Part shown: positions 45,887 through 58,100 of the stretch, piece after piece | Position numbering within the stretch: position 1 is the stretch's first letter | Layout of the letters: the number at the start of each line of letters is the position of its first letter | From: Candidatus Micrarchaeota archaeon | Lineage (GTDB): Archaea; B1Sed10-29; B47-G15 | Direction of reading: 5' to 3' | Assembly: GCA_003660975.1 (NCBI GenBank) | Contig: QMVG01000001.1 | Coordinates: 183,900 to 247,899 of the forward strand | Length of the DNA: 64,000 bases | Translations under genes and position numbers: made by a program | The notes under the pieces: generated by a model | Database searches by the model: none | What the model saw: only the letters and a program-made list of their open reading frames with translations | Told to the model about the DNA's origin: nothing

Positions 45887-46363
45887 ATGATGAGGAAAGG
45901 TCAAACAGCACTTGAATATTTGATTACATACGGATGGGCCATCTTGGTCATCCTTGTAGTACTGGCAGTGCTTTGGTACTATGGAATTTTCAACCCAAGC
46001 AGATGGGCTGGCGAGCAGGTCGGTTCATTTACAGCTTTTAATGTAATGGACCACAAATTTACAAGCACAGAATTGCAGTTGAGACTAGCAAATAAGTTAG
46101 GCCAGAACATCAGGATAACCGCAGTTGGCGTTAAGAAGAGCGGAGACACAGCATACAACCTGAACACATCAACAACGTTGGCAAGCCCTGTTGATCTCAA
46201 TGCAAACTCAGAAGCAACAGTAACAGTACCATTGAACACAAGCAGTCTTGGAGCAAGTACTGGAGACATAGTTTCTCTGGACGTGTCAATAATTTACGAC
46301 AACTTACAGAGTGGCCTAACAGGCAAAATAGACACAACAACAATGAACCTGAAGGTAGCTTAA
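45887..46363 (+). CDS. Probable major type IV pilin
   Basis: MMRKGQTALEYLITYGWAILVILVVLAVLWYYGIFNP. Own TATA-like element (~45831) and GAGGTG RBS. Confidence 0.85.
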   Translation: MMRKGQTALEYLITYGWAILVILVVLAVLWYYGIFNPSRWAGEQVGSFTAFNVMDHKFTSTELQLRLANKLGQNIRITAVGVKKSGDTAYNLNTSTTLASPVDLNANSEATVTVPLNTSSLGASTGDIVSLDVSIIYDNLQSGLTGKIDTTTMNLKVA

Positions 46364-46914
46364 ACTGCCTTCTTAACCCTTTTATTTCGTTTTCCACTGA
46401 TTTCTTTTAGAAAACTCTCTATTTCTTTTATTCTCTGCTTTATGCTCTTTATTTCTGCTTTATTGTCTTCTTGCAACATGACTGCCCCACACTGCGGACA
46501 TTTAAAATCATACTCAAGCGCTAGTTCAAAAGGCAACCTTTCACAACCGTTCTTGCATTTAAAGAAAACATAATCCTGCTCGTATTTTAGCTTTTCCTTT
46601 AAAGAAGACAGCTCTTCCTCATATCTCTCTTTCAGCAACTCTATTATCCTGCTTTTTTCAAGAAACCACGTGTAAGTGTACCAGTTGCTTGTTTGAGCCT
46701 TTTCCTTTGAGTACCTTATTATCCCAGAGTAATGCAACCTATTGAGCGTTGCTCTGAGCACATTTACCTTTATGCCTGTTTCAGCGCTTAGCTCTTCATC
46801 CGTACAGCCTCTGCTGCAAGCGCTTAAAACCCTAACAACATTATAACCCTCTTCACCTGCTTTTTCCCGTATAAAATCAGCAAGAAGAGGGCTATTAATT
46901 CTCAGCGTCACCAT
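46360..46914 (-). CDS. tfe: Transcription factor E (TFE alpha)
   Basis: TDEELSAETGIKVNVLRATLNRL, WYTYTW, FFKCKNGC..FKCPQCG, DN. Confidence 0.93.
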   Translation of the reverse strand: MVTLRINSPLLADFIREKAGEEGYNVVRVLSACSRGCTDEELSAETGIKVNVLRATLNRLHYSGIIRYSKEKAQTSNWYTYTWFLEKSRIIELLKERYEEELSSLKEKLKYEQDYVFFKCKNGCERLPFELALEYDFKCPQCGAVMLQEDNKAEIKSIKQRIKEIESFLKEISGKRNKRVKKAV

Positions 46915-46922
46915 TGCTATAA

Positions 46923-47462
46923 TTATGACTGCTTAGATTTATAACGATTTACCTCTACAACTTTCTTGCCCTTTTCCTGAGGGATGACTTTTATTTTTGC
47001 GTTTTCAAAATCTTTGTTTAGCTCGTCACCTTTAAATAGCTTGTCTAGGAACACTGCTAATGCCGCGACTTCTGAGTGTGGCTGCTTTCCTATTGCAATG
47101 TTGTAGTCAGCCATTTTGTATAATTCAGCAGGCACCTTTTCCCCTCCTATAACTATAACTTTATCTCCTCTGATCTCTCTTATGTTGTTTATAACAGCAT
47201 CAACAGGAAGCCCATACATAGTTAAGTGGATTATCTTGCCTTCAAAAGAGCTTAGGAATTTTTTCCATTGTTTCTCATAAAATACTTTAAAATTGCCTCC
47301 CCACCTGTCTGCAACATCTTTGACGCTCTCCATCATTTTTTTGTCATAATCTCCTGTGTAAATTATGGCATCTGCCCCAAAAGCCCTTGCAACCAGACCG
47401 CAATGTGTAGATATTCTCAAATCCCTGCCCTTTCTGTGCCCAAGCCTCAAAACATAAATCAT
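46923..47462 (-). CDS. trm56: tRNA (cytidine56-2'-O)-methyltransferase
   Basis: [49 protein letters not shown]. Confidence 0.96.
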   Translation of the reverse strand: MIYVLRLGHRKGRDLRISTHCGLVARAFGADAIIYTGDYDKKMMESVKDVADRWGGNFKVFYEKQWKKFLSSFEGKIIHLTMYGLPVDAVINNIREIRGDKVIVIGGEKVPAELYKMADYNIAIGKQPHSEVAALAVFLDKLFKGDELNKDFENAKIKVIPQEKGKKVVEVNRYKSKQS

Positions 47463-47571
47463 GGCTATATATTGGTACAATTGAAATAAAACATTAACGA
47501 ATTGACACCAGAAGTATTTTATTTAACTATTGCTTCTATTTTTCTGTCATAAGGAAGCAGCAGGTGGAACT

Positions 47572-49791
47572 GTGAAAAGGAGACAGACTTTGCTATTGTT
47601 ATTTTTATTGCTTAGTCCTGCCCTGTCAATTTATTACCCAGGGCTCTCTTTTAATGAATCCATAGACAACATAATATATGCTAATGATGGCACGGTTTTC
47701 ATCTCAGCACACGGCAACGTCACTGTATACAATCCAAATCCCGTTGATGACCTCTATGCCTCTGGGATCATATTCAAAGAAGACAATATAACTGTGATGA
47801 ATGCCTCTGGCATATATCTGCCACCCCCTTTTATGCTGGGCAATGTCAAGGCAGCAAATTCAAGCAACACAGCATACAGATTGCAGAGCAAAGGCTTTTC
47901 AAAAGCAGACGTCAAATTGCCCTTGAGCATAAAACAGTTCTTTTACAAAGGCCCACAACCTGTTGCTTTTTCAAATAACGTATTAAATGTTAGTTTCTCG
48001 CCAGGAGATCCAATTACATTGGGTCTGAACATTACAAACAAGCTAGACGAGGACGTAAATATAAGCGTGTTCAGAAACCTGCTGTCTTTCATAAACCCGC
48101 AAAGCATGACCTTCTCTGGCTGTTCTGGAGCTGCTGTTAATTTCACAGCAGGGGCTCAGTATCTGAAGATTGAACACTGCCTCTTAAATAAGTCTGACAC
48201 GATGACTCTTGTAATTAACGGAAACATAAGGGATGAAAAAACAAACATACCCCCACCATACCATATAGAGAAGACAGGCAATATACTTATAAGGATAAAT
48301 AACCAGAGCAGCGTTTCAAATTACAGCATATTTAGACAGCTTATGATTAATGCAACAGCAAGTGCTAGCGCAAGTTCAAGCCTAGACAAGCTTTACATAC
48401 CAAAAGCAGAAAGAGACCGTTGCTACCCTCTGAACAACATGTCATATGAACTTGCTGTTAATGTGTCCACAGACAGCGACTTCAATTTCTTCGTGCGCAA
48501 CTTTTCCATTTTGAGAAGCAACTATTCCGAGATAAACATCAGCGCCAACATAAACAATGCCCATGAAATATACTCTGCACCAATACACCACATTATGAAC
48601 AGCAGCAGCCCTCTAAGAGTGTCTCCAATAAACGACAGCTTTTGTGCAGATGAAAATAGTGTTTTATCTACTTATTGGCTCAAGGTTGATTACTCTGTGA
48701 TATTCAACAACTCAGTTCCACCTGCTGAAGCGAATTTTGTAGACATAGAAGTGGATGGGGGCATGATACAAATCTCAGGCATCTATACGCCCCCTCCACC
48801 AGCCACAGGTCCTGGCTTTGGAGCCACACCTGCAGAAGCACCAAAGAATGTAACAAAGGAAGAAGCGAGAAAGTATATCATAATAACAAAAGAGGTATCA
48901 AAGCAGCACGTCAATTATGGGGATGTGATAACCGTAACAATTAAAGTTCAGAGCATAGCCAGCTTCAATATACGAGATTTAACATTGGTTGACTTGCTGC
49001 CCAAAGGATTCACTGTAGTGGACAATGGAGGGGCTTCTGTAACTGAAGAAGAACCCTATTTGCTTAGGTGGAATATAAACTTAATAAGACCAGGCGAAAT
49101 CCTTGTCTTTACTTACAAGGCAAAGTCAGAGGATGCTGAGCCAGGATATTACCCATTCAATGACTTATACATCTCATCCGAACTGACTGGTGTTGTTGGA
49201 GCGTATTCAACAGAACCAATCATACAAGAACCAGGCATAGGCATACCACGGCAGTATACTATACTTCTTGTAAAAAAGCTGGAATGGCTTGGAGATGACC
49301 TTTACAAAGTTACTATTTCAATAACAAATGCAGGAGACAAAAGCACGCCTCCTCTTATAATAAGAGACACTGTTATAGAAAAGAGGGTAAAGCCTCCCAG
49401 CTCAATCCTTTTTGGAAGGGAGGAGGTTAGCTATGCATTTACAAAGAAAACATGGAAGATTCCTTCAATAGAACCAAAACAAGACTACTCATTCACCTAT
49501 TTTGAGGAAGGGCCAGTCAGCAAAACAGGTCTGCCAGACGTTTACGGTGCTGACCCATCAAAGATATACAAGACAATGGTTGTTGTGCCAATAATAAGTG
49601 AAGAACACATATTCAGTGGCACAGTTAGGATAGAGCAATTCAGCTTTGGGCTTTTGGTGATTTTAGGCATTATCATATTAATCAAACGCAAGAGGAAGAA
49701 GAAGGAGTGGTATGAAGAGAAGTTATTTGCTGCTAAGGTAGGAAAGCTACGCCAGATTGAGAGATATCTGAACCCACTTAAGAAGGTGTGA
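47572..49791 (+). CDS. Secreted membrane-anchored DUF11-type surface protein
   Basis: Signal peptide from GTG 47572, ITKEVS..GDVITVTIKV..DLLPKGF, Pro-rich linker, C-terminal TM. Confidence 0.75.
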   Translation: MKRRQTLLLLFLLLSPALSIYYPGLSFNESIDNIIYANDGTVFISAHGNVTVYNPNPVDDLYASGIIFKEDNITVMNASGIYLPPPFMLGNVKAANSSNTAYRLQSKGFSKADVKLPLSIKQFFYKGPQPVAFSNNVLNVSFSPGDPITLGLNITNKLDEDVNISVFRNLLSFINPQSMTFSGCSGAAVNFTAGAQYLKIEHCLLNKSDTMTLVINGNIRDEKTNIPPPYHIEKTGNILIRINNQSSVSNYSIFRQLMINATASASASSSLDKLYIPKAERDRCYPLNNMSYELAVNVSTDSDFNFFVRNFSILRSNYSEINISANINNAHEIYSAPIHHIMNSSSPLRVSPINDSFCADENSVLSTYWLKVDYSVIFNNSVPPAEANFVDIEVDGGMIQISGIYTPPPPATGPGFGATPAEAPKNVTKEEARKYIIITKEVSKQHVNYGDVITVTIKVQSIASFNIRDLTLVDLLPKGFTVVDNGGASVTEEEPYLLRWNINLIRPGEILVFTYKAKSEDAEPGYYPFNDLYISSELTGVVGAYSTEPIIQEPGIGIPRQYTILLVKKLEWLGDDLYKVTISITNAGDKSTPPLIIRDTVIEKRVKPPSSILFGREEVSYAFTKKTWKIPSIEPKQDYSFTYFEEGPVSKTGLPDVYGADPSKIYKTMVVVPIISEEHIFSGTVRIEQFSFGLLVILGIIILIKRKRKKKEWYEEKLFAAKVGKLRQIERYLNPLKKV

Positions 49792-50180
49792 GTTTGAAAA
49801 AAATAATCGTAGTGTTCGCCATAATAAGCCTCATCTTTCTAACACTGTTATGGGAAGAAAGTAGCATCTCAAAGGACAAATTGTTTGTTCAAAAAACTAC
49901 AGCGCTGAACCCATCTGACTTCAGTGTGGAATGTTATAATAACAAGATTATACTGAGGCCTAAGAGAAGAGACCTAATACCAAAGACATTCCACCCAAGA
50001 CAAGCTTTTATTAATTCAGAGTCAAGCTACAGCATGGCAAATGCAAGCATGGATAACAATGCAGTAAGGATTGATTTCTCTGCAAATGCATTGCAGCTGC
50101 AAAAAGGGAGTAAGGTAGATATCACTCTCTTCTCATTATCTGAAAAGATAAGAATAGAATCGGCCAGGTGTTGGACTTAA
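49788..50180 (+). CDS. Small membrane-anchored or secreted protein
   Basis: N-terminal hydrophobic helix. Start overlaps the previous stop. Confidence 0.6.
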   Translation: MSLKKIIVVFAIISLIFLTLLWEESSISKDKLFVQKTTALNPSDFSVECYNNKIILRPKRRDLIPKTFHPRQAFINSESSYSMANASMDNNAVRIDFSANALQLQKGSKVDITLFSLSEKIRIESARCWT

Positions 50181-52034
50181 TCATATAAGGAGAACCCTTT
50201 TAACAACAGCTGCCACAACAAAGAGAACAGTCATTAACATAAAGAGAGCTTCATGGACAGCAGAGCTAACAGCGCCCTGTACCATGTCTATAGTGGGAGT
50301 TATAGCTACTTGCCCATAACCTGTCACAGGGTCGATTCCCACGACAAAGAGGTCTCTTGTATAATACGTGCCAGTGCCTGTTGCGTTATATGTTATGTTT
50401 ACATTACCACCATTTGGAATTGGATTAAGCTTCCACCAGTATGATACACCATCATACATAGTTCCCGATATACTCTGGTTGCCTGTGTAGTTCAGAGGGT
50501 GCTGTATGCTCTCATTCAAAGCATCGTATGGGAATACCCTTATCTTTGAAACCTGCACAGTAAAGTTCTGAGGTATTAAGTCATATACGTACAGGGTTGG
50601 AGTGTATTGATTTCCTATGTTAGACACTGTTATATTTATGTTCCACAAGTTGTTGCTTAATGACTTTACAACCTTCCTTACCCTGACCAGATAACCTCTT
50701 AACAAGTATATCTTCTCATATATGGTGTAATTGCTGTCAAAGTGATACGAGCTCCTGTTCTTCCTGAAGTTCCTGAATACAGCATCTGAGAGCGTGTAAT
50801 TGGCTCTGCCCCAGTATATTGGCACAACACCTCTGTTATATGTTCTGTTCTCAGACCAAGGCGTTACCTTCCACCTATCTGGCGTTATTATTGGCGTACC
50901 CGTGCCTGTTTTATTTGTGCTGTTTACCCATTGCCTTGGCTTCAGCTTAGATATGTTTATAGGATATGTCTTAACAAGTGGAGTCGTGTTATCCTTTGGG
51001 TCTAGAGAAACGTTATTTGGGTTATGGCTTCCAGAAATCCAGATGGTCATAGACGTTACATTTATCATAACGCCTGGGTCAGCAGTTGACACATTTGACT
51101 TGAAGGCAAGGTCTCCACTGAAGTTCTCAAAGTCTCCTCTTTTCTTCTCAACGTAGACATGGCTCTTCACGCCTTTAACCAAGACATTATTTAGAGAGAT
51201 ATTGCTGCTCACATTCAGGGTTTTGAAACCTATGGTCATATTCTGCCAATCAACAAGAATTGGCGTTTGAGTATCTGGGTCTATGTTTACCTGGGTTCTT
51301 ACATAGAAATTGCAACTTATATTATTCCCAGGAGGAGACACGCTTAATGGATTGTCTGAGTTGCACCAGTGAAGTATGTTGTATGGGAAATTTGTCCTGT
51401 TCTGGCTTGACCTCTCAGAACTGTTGTACCAATAGGTATGCTGCCATGTTATTATTGGCTCTATGGCATTGCTTTGGTTTATGTAAAGCTCGGTGACATT
51501 GCTGATTCCTATGTTGGTGAAGTTAATCCTTATGTCAAGGTCAGTGGTTGTATTCGTTAAAATTCTTGTCTGGTATATGGGGCTTGGGCCAGCAAGAGTG
51601 CCATTCTCAAAATATTCAACAGTGATGTTCAGCGGGGGCTTTGGCAGGTTTTTCTTTGTGTAATACTCTAATGTTACGCTTGAGCCGTTTTGAAGCTCGT
51701 TTATGTGAACAAGATATATGCCATTTCCTAATGTTTTTACTAGAACGCCCGAAGGGATATTTGTCCAGTTAAGGCCACCGCTTCTGTTAACGCCAAAATT
51801 TATGTCAGTCATAACTGTTCTGTTCGCATAGTTGCTTACAATTATCTCTCCATTAATTTTACTTACATTTACAGGCAACACCATTGAATCTCCAAGAGAA
51901 TAAGCGTACTTTGAGGCATTGAATGTCAATGTAATGTACTCCCTTATCTCAAAGTTCAATGTGTCAACAGCAAGAACGCTGGGCAGAGCAAGAAGAATGA
52001 ATAAAAATACAACTGTAAGCATTGTTTTTCGCAT
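50181..52034 (-). CDS. Secreted membrane-anchored surface glycoprotein (DUF11-like), paralog of 47572-49791
   Basis: Signal peptide MRKTMLTVV.., many sequons, NITVSNIGNQYTPTLYVYDLIP, C-terminal TM. Confidence 0.75.
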   Translation of the reverse strand: MRKTMLTVVFLFILLALPSVLAVDTLNFEIREYITLTFNASKYAYSLGDSMVLPVNVSKINGEIIVSNYANRTVMTDINFGVNRSGGLNWTNIPSGVLVKTLGNGIYLVHINELQNGSSVTLEYYTKKNLPKPPLNITVEYFENGTLAGPSPIYQTRILTNTTTDLDIRINFTNIGISNVTELYINQSNAIEPIITWQHTYWYNSSERSSQNRTNFPYNILHWCNSDNPLSVSPPGNNISCNFYVRTQVNIDPDTQTPILVDWQNMTIGFKTLNVSSNISLNNVLVKGVKSHVYVEKKRGDFENFSGDLAFKSNVSTADPGVMINVTSMTIWISGSHNPNNVSLDPKDNTTPLVKTYPINISKLKPRQWVNSTNKTGTGTPIITPDRWKVTPWSENRTYNRGVVPIYWGRANYTLSDAVFRNFRKNRSSYHFDSNYTIYEKIYLLRGYLVRVRKVVKSLSNNLWNINITVSNIGNQYTPTLYVYDLIPQNFTVQVSKIRVFPYDALNESIQHPLNYTGNQSISGTMYDGVSYWWKLNPIPNGGNVNITYNATGTGTYYTRDLFVVGIDPVTGYGQVAITPTIDMVQGAVSSAVHEALFMLMTVLFVVAAVVKRVLLI

Positions 52035-52103
52035 CTTTTCAACCCCACTGAACGTTCCAATAAACTTAAACCCCTTTATATTTATATTCTTAACTATTTG
52101 CAA

Positions 52104-55100
52104 TTATGTTGGCTTTTCATAATACAAGCTGCCCAGCATAGAGTAAAGCACCATATTATTGCCTAAACTGTCTTGGCAGATGTCTGGATCTCTGCCAAAG
52201 GCAATGAAATCAGGGGAATTCCAATTGCTTGAGCTAACAATGTAAACCCTTCTATTGTTCCTATATACAAGGTAATGGGTGCCAGAAGCAGTTGTAAGCA
52301 CTCTAACTTGCTTGCCTTCAAAGAGCCTCTCAGTGTTCGTCCAGCTTTCTCCGTCATCCGAGGACACCTTATGCCAGATGTATGACTGATTTTCATAGAA
52401 TACATGTAGGTTGCCTGAAGCATCTCTGCTGATCGCAGGATGTCTTCCATAGCCAATAAAAACAGATTTATTCCACCGTATAAGCGAGAGGTTAAGAGGG
52501 CCTTTTGACCTAAGGAAGTATAGCTTATTACCAGTTGCCTCCAGCACGAGGGCCATACTGTTGGGCATGGCAATACAATCAAGGAACCTAACAGCAGAGA
52601 GGTTGCTGGCTACAACCCTTTTCTGCTTAAAGCTGTCGTTATTGTATGCCATGTAAGGCATGCTCCTGTTCAGGTAAAACAGCCATATGGAAGTATCTGG
52701 ATTCTCCAGAGCACATGGGAATGTCCTGTGCATCTTTTTGTATTGGAAGAGCCTTTCAGCTCTAGACCAGGTATTGCCATTATCGCTGCTGTTCAATGCA
52801 TACACTTGCATGCCATCAAGAAAACTGTGGAAAACACTCAATACATTATTCGAATCCTTCATTATGCTTGGTTGCGAGGCTCCAAAGTTTCTCCTTCCAG
52901 CTATTGAAAACTGCGTACCTAAACTTAGGTTTACATAGAAATGCGAGCTTGTGCTGTTTTCATTTCCATACCAGTCGCTAACTGAAGCTGTCACATTATG
53001 CCAGCCTCCCTCGAATTCCCAAGGGCTTGAAGCAATGATCCTATAACCTCCAGCAATTGGCATGCTTTCTATTATGCCCAATCTCTTCCACCTCAATGCT
53101 CCTGAGCTGTTTATCAGGACAGAGAGACTGTCTGGCTTTACTCCTGAAACCAGGTCAATTGCCTTTACTGTTACATTTACCCAGCTGTTGTTCCACTTTC
53201 CGCCTTTTGAAGGCCTTTCTATAACTATTATTGGGGCTTTTGCATCAAACCAATTTCTTACACTTATGCTATTTGCCCTTGACTTCCACTCATAGTCATC
53301 TGCCTTGCATGTTATGTTCCAGTTGTAATCTTTCTCTTCTGGGAAAACATAATACGCTGTGTAAATACCCAAGCTTTTATTGTATCTCATCTCTCTCTTC
53401 CTTATGATGGAGCTGTCATTAACAAAAAGCTCACAAGGCACTTTCTTCTGAAGCTCTCCGTCAGATATGTTAAATGGATACTGCCATCTCGTTTGTAAAG
53501 GACTTGCCACATGAAACTCGTCGTTGTTATTGACAAGAGGTCTTTCCCCTCCATAGTAAACAATCACTGGGTGCTTGGCAGTTACATGGCCTTTGATATA
53601 TGAAGCACCTGAGCCATCCTGGATCCTGTAAGCTTCCCACGCCTTCATGTTGCTGTGGCTGACTTGGTTAGGAGAATTGCCATTGTCATGATATACAATA
53701 TTTGTGTTGTTCATGAGAGATAGGACACTAATATTTATAGGCATAAAACCAGAACCATTAAAGTAAAAGCTCACATTGTAACCAATAGAGACATGTCTTG
53801 CTCCAAGTGCAGAGGCATATTCACTTTGGTCATTCAACGTTCCCCAACTAACGCTTATATCATCATCAGCAGAAACCTCAAGCAAGGTGTTGGCAGAGGA
53901 ACCAGCGTTTACAAATATCAGCTTTTTATCAGCAGGAATGCTGCGCGTCCTGCTTCCCCCTCCCCAGTTTACAGTAACAGATGTCCCTACTTTTCCAAAG
54001 ACCTGTGTTATCCTGGTTGAAGCAGTTCCATATGGGAACAAATAATATGTCGCATTTTTTCCCAGGGGCGTATAGCCAACATCTCTTGCTGTAAACGAAT
54101 CGCTCTCTCCTGTAATAATCCATATGTTTTTATCTGCTTCAACCTTGGCAACTTTTCCAGCAGCCAAGTCATAGTATGGCACAGAGCTGCCAGGATTTAT
54201 TGAGCTGATCTGCCTTGTTGCCAAAATCTGCCCTGTTGAGAAGTCTCTTATGTTGACGTTTACTGGAGGATTTTCGTATGTCATGAACCACAGCCTTGTG
54301 CCTAAAGAATCATGGTTGCTTGAAAGTATGTAGAATGTTTTGGCATAATAGCTGTGGTTGGCATGAACTGTAGCTCCTACAGAATACACTGCCCCCTCTA
54401 GGTCATTTAAATTTGTGTCCCATCTTGAAACCATGCCTGCATATATAAAAACAGGATACGTTGAGTGAATTATATAGTTGTCAGGTGCCATGTTTGTATT
54501 GTAATACCTCCATGTAGCTGCTTTGTTATAGAAGCAGGTGCTGTGAGCTGTTTCTCCGTCGTCATTTAGGTCTTCAAGGCAAATTGAGTTGTTATCATGT
54601 AAGGAAACAAAGTCTATTGTATTTGCCACTCTAACAAAATAGTGATATATGTAAAAATCTCCAAAATCTGGTTTTTCTTTGCTCCCACTCTCATTCGTAT
54701 CAAAGTAAACATAGAACTTTGTTGTGCTTTTGTTACTTATGTTCAAGTCAAACGTTATTGTAACATATGGTCTCTCCTCACTGTAAGTGGTGTTCCATGT
54801 TATGAGATATGGGTGGCCTTTCTTTTGAGCGATTCCGTCTTCAGTTACAACCCTTATTGAATTTCTGTCAATACTGCGATGTGATAGGTAACCATAAGAT
54901 GAGAAATTGATTTTTACTGTAATTGGCTCATTTAACCTGGCAAGGTTTTTCCTCTCATCGATGCTGAATTTAATTCTGTAGGCCCAGGACTTATTCCACC
55001 AGTTAGTATAGCTACTGTTTATCAGCTCGTTGCTCACATTCGTGTAATTTGCGTAAAAAGCCACTGACCTGTTCGGATACGCTTTGCCAACAGTAAATGG

Positions 55101-58100
55101 CTTCGGGTATTCTGTTTGGTCCCACGCGTCAAAGTTGGCGAGCTTGAAAGCCTCAACCCGTTTTGTGATGTTATTATTTTTCTCATTTGGCTCGCTTTTC
55201 TCATCAGCAGGGTCTGCTGACAGCAAGACACTGTGCTTTCCCAAACTAGGATACCAGAAGAAATACGTTGTGTTATGTGAAGAAGCAGAAATGTTCAGCC
55301 TTGTGCTGTTGTGGTAATTTCCATCTATGTAAATACTTATGTTTGTGTAAGGGGACTTTTTTGAACCCAAGTTGAACACAACGACCTTTATCAAGGTCCT
55401 ATTTCCCCCATACAGTTTGCTTGGAATAAAAGTAATGTTTTCATCTCTTAATTCCAGCTCAGGGTAATTGCCTATGAACACTTGGTCAAAAGATGTCTTT
55501 GAATCATAGTTCATAGCAGAACAGCTGACATTCCACAGTATCACACCTTCACTGCTAAAGCTTCTGTTAAACTCATACAAGGCAGAGCTTACATTGTACC
55601 TCATAGGTCTTGACTGCCAGCCCCCGCTAATGTTGAAAGATATATTGCAGTGTGCATCACTTGCCAATGACTTGTTTATTGGATATCCTGACTTGTTTGT
55701 GTAGTTAGAATAGAAATGTGCCTGCTCTCCTGTTAATATAACGTTAGAACCTCCCTTGGCATCTGTTGAATCCCAGATCTGCTGTTTGCTTTCATACCTG
55801 ACCTCTAAAAGCCTTGTAATGTTGTTGTTGTCTTCCAAGCTTTCTGTTATTTCGTTCTTTGGGTCCACAGACAGATTGACAACATATTTTCCAACCTTAG
55901 TTGCTGTCCAGAAGAAGACAGTGTGATTCCTTCCATGGCCAGAAATGTTCAGCCTTGTGCTATTTACATATGTCGTGTTTATCCAGAGTGTTACATTGAC
56001 ATAGACCGCTCTTTCACTACCGCTGTTGTTTACAGTTATGTTAAAGTAAATTTTCTGAAATTTCCTACCTACATCTGAAAAGGCAACAGAGCTGTTGCTG
56101 ATATTGAGGTCAGGAGACGAGGAGATATGCACAGTGTCCGCATCTCTCTTGTCTTCGTAGTAATCAAGTGAGCAGCTTACATTCCAGTTAAAGTCTCCTG
56201 GATTCTCAAAGCTTCTAGCATACTCATAAAGTTTCTTGCTGGCATTGTACCTCATGTTTTTCCATCCTGTCCAGCCTCCAGAAACATTGAAGTTTACATA
56301 ACAATGGCTTAAACTCTCTTCACCATATATGTCTTTGCTTAATTCATGCCTTCTAGGCGTTACATTAAACACACCAAGCTCTGTGATTTCTGTGTCGTTC
56401 CAGTAGACAGTATCATTCTTTAACGTGACATTGATAAGTATCGAACCAGGGTCTTCATTTTCCGGGATCTTTATCCTCAAATACCCGTAATCACATTTAG
56501 TGCCTGATGAACACGGAGCCACACAGCCACCAACCCATTCATGCTCGTGTTGAGGTGTCTCTGGCCCTAGAAGATAATCACAACCATCTCTGCAGTCAGT
56601 CAGAGTCCATGAGCTTCCATCGTCGCTGTATGCCTGGTCATCGTTGTCTGAGTCCTGACTGTCGTAGTTCAAATAATCTCCCTCTATCTTTGACTCATTG
56701 GCAAAATAACTGAAGAAATAGCCCCTTATTCCAGAAGGAGCGTTAGCAGTTCCGGCCGCCCCCCAATCAATAGTTATGTACCAATAGCCTCCTGATTTGT
56801 ATGGTTTAAATCTGTTATATCTCACACCCGCTCTGTCATAGTCGTCCTCATTGTTCAATCCATACCAGTTCAGAGCAGGGAATGTTTTTCTAGCTTCACC
56901 AGCGTTCAGGTTGTCATAGTAAATGTAAAACGACTTTGATGACGAGGCAGTTATATTAACAGGAAATGAGAGCCAAACATCGTTGTTACTGCACCTTCCT
57001 ATTTTTCTTGGCAGCTCTCTTCCAGCTTCTATATCGTAAACTCTGACATCTTTGCAATCTTCCCTTATGTGTGATGATGGGTCAAAGTGCAGATAAAGCA
57101 CATCGTTAACCCTTGTTATTCCTTCACTTTCGGTTACCGTTATCTTTCTTCTTCTTTTCCAAGAAGTGTCCCACCAGCCAATAGGTAAGGCAGGGTCTGA
57201 GGCATTTGAGTAATTAGCGTAAAAAGTCACCTGCTGGCCTTCATACTTCGCTCCAGTGCTGTATTTTTCTCCAGAGTCCGTTTCGTCCCAAATTTTCAAG
57301 TAAGTTGTATATGAGACGTTAACTGCTTTTGAAGCGTTATTATTATTTTCCTTTGCCTCCCCTATCTTGTCTAAGGAGTCAACAGATACGCGTAAGGTTC
57401 TCGGTCCTCCCATCGCAGGTGTCCAGTTGATGTAAACTTTAACAGAGCTTCCACCAGCTATGTTCGTGTATGTGCTATTTATATATCTATTTCCATCCCA
57501 AAGCGAGATGTTAACATTGTTTCCCTGTAAGCTTCCGTTATTGAAAACAGAGATGTTAACTCTAGCTTTGTTTCCCTGTCTGAGTGCAGTTGGCACAGAG
57601 ATGTTTTCAGAGCATATAACAAAATCAGGCGCTGCTCCTACGTCTATACTGTCATTGGCCTCCAAATGGCTTGAATAATCTCCCCCACAACTTACATTCC
57701 AGTAGAAATGCCCCTCTTTGGGAAAGGACATAATATATTCTGAAAGCCCCTTTGATTCATTGTACCACATATGATACCAAGGACTTTGCGTGCCACTGTA
57801 ATTGAAAGTCACATTACAGTCCCTGTACGTTTCAACATTGCCATAGTCAACAGCCAGCTCATACCTTTTAGGAGTCACATTGTAAAACCTGCCTGTGCTT
57901 ATTACAGTGTCATTCCAATAATCGTTGTCTGCTTTTGTGATTACATAGATAAGCACACTGCCCGGGTCATAGTCGGGAGGTATTGTGAGCGTTATATTTC
58001 CGTAATCACACCTCGTTCCACTGCCACAAGGGGCTCTTATTGCGCAGCTCCACTCTTGCTTATGTGAAACAGTTGAGCTTCCAATCCAGTAATCGCAAGA

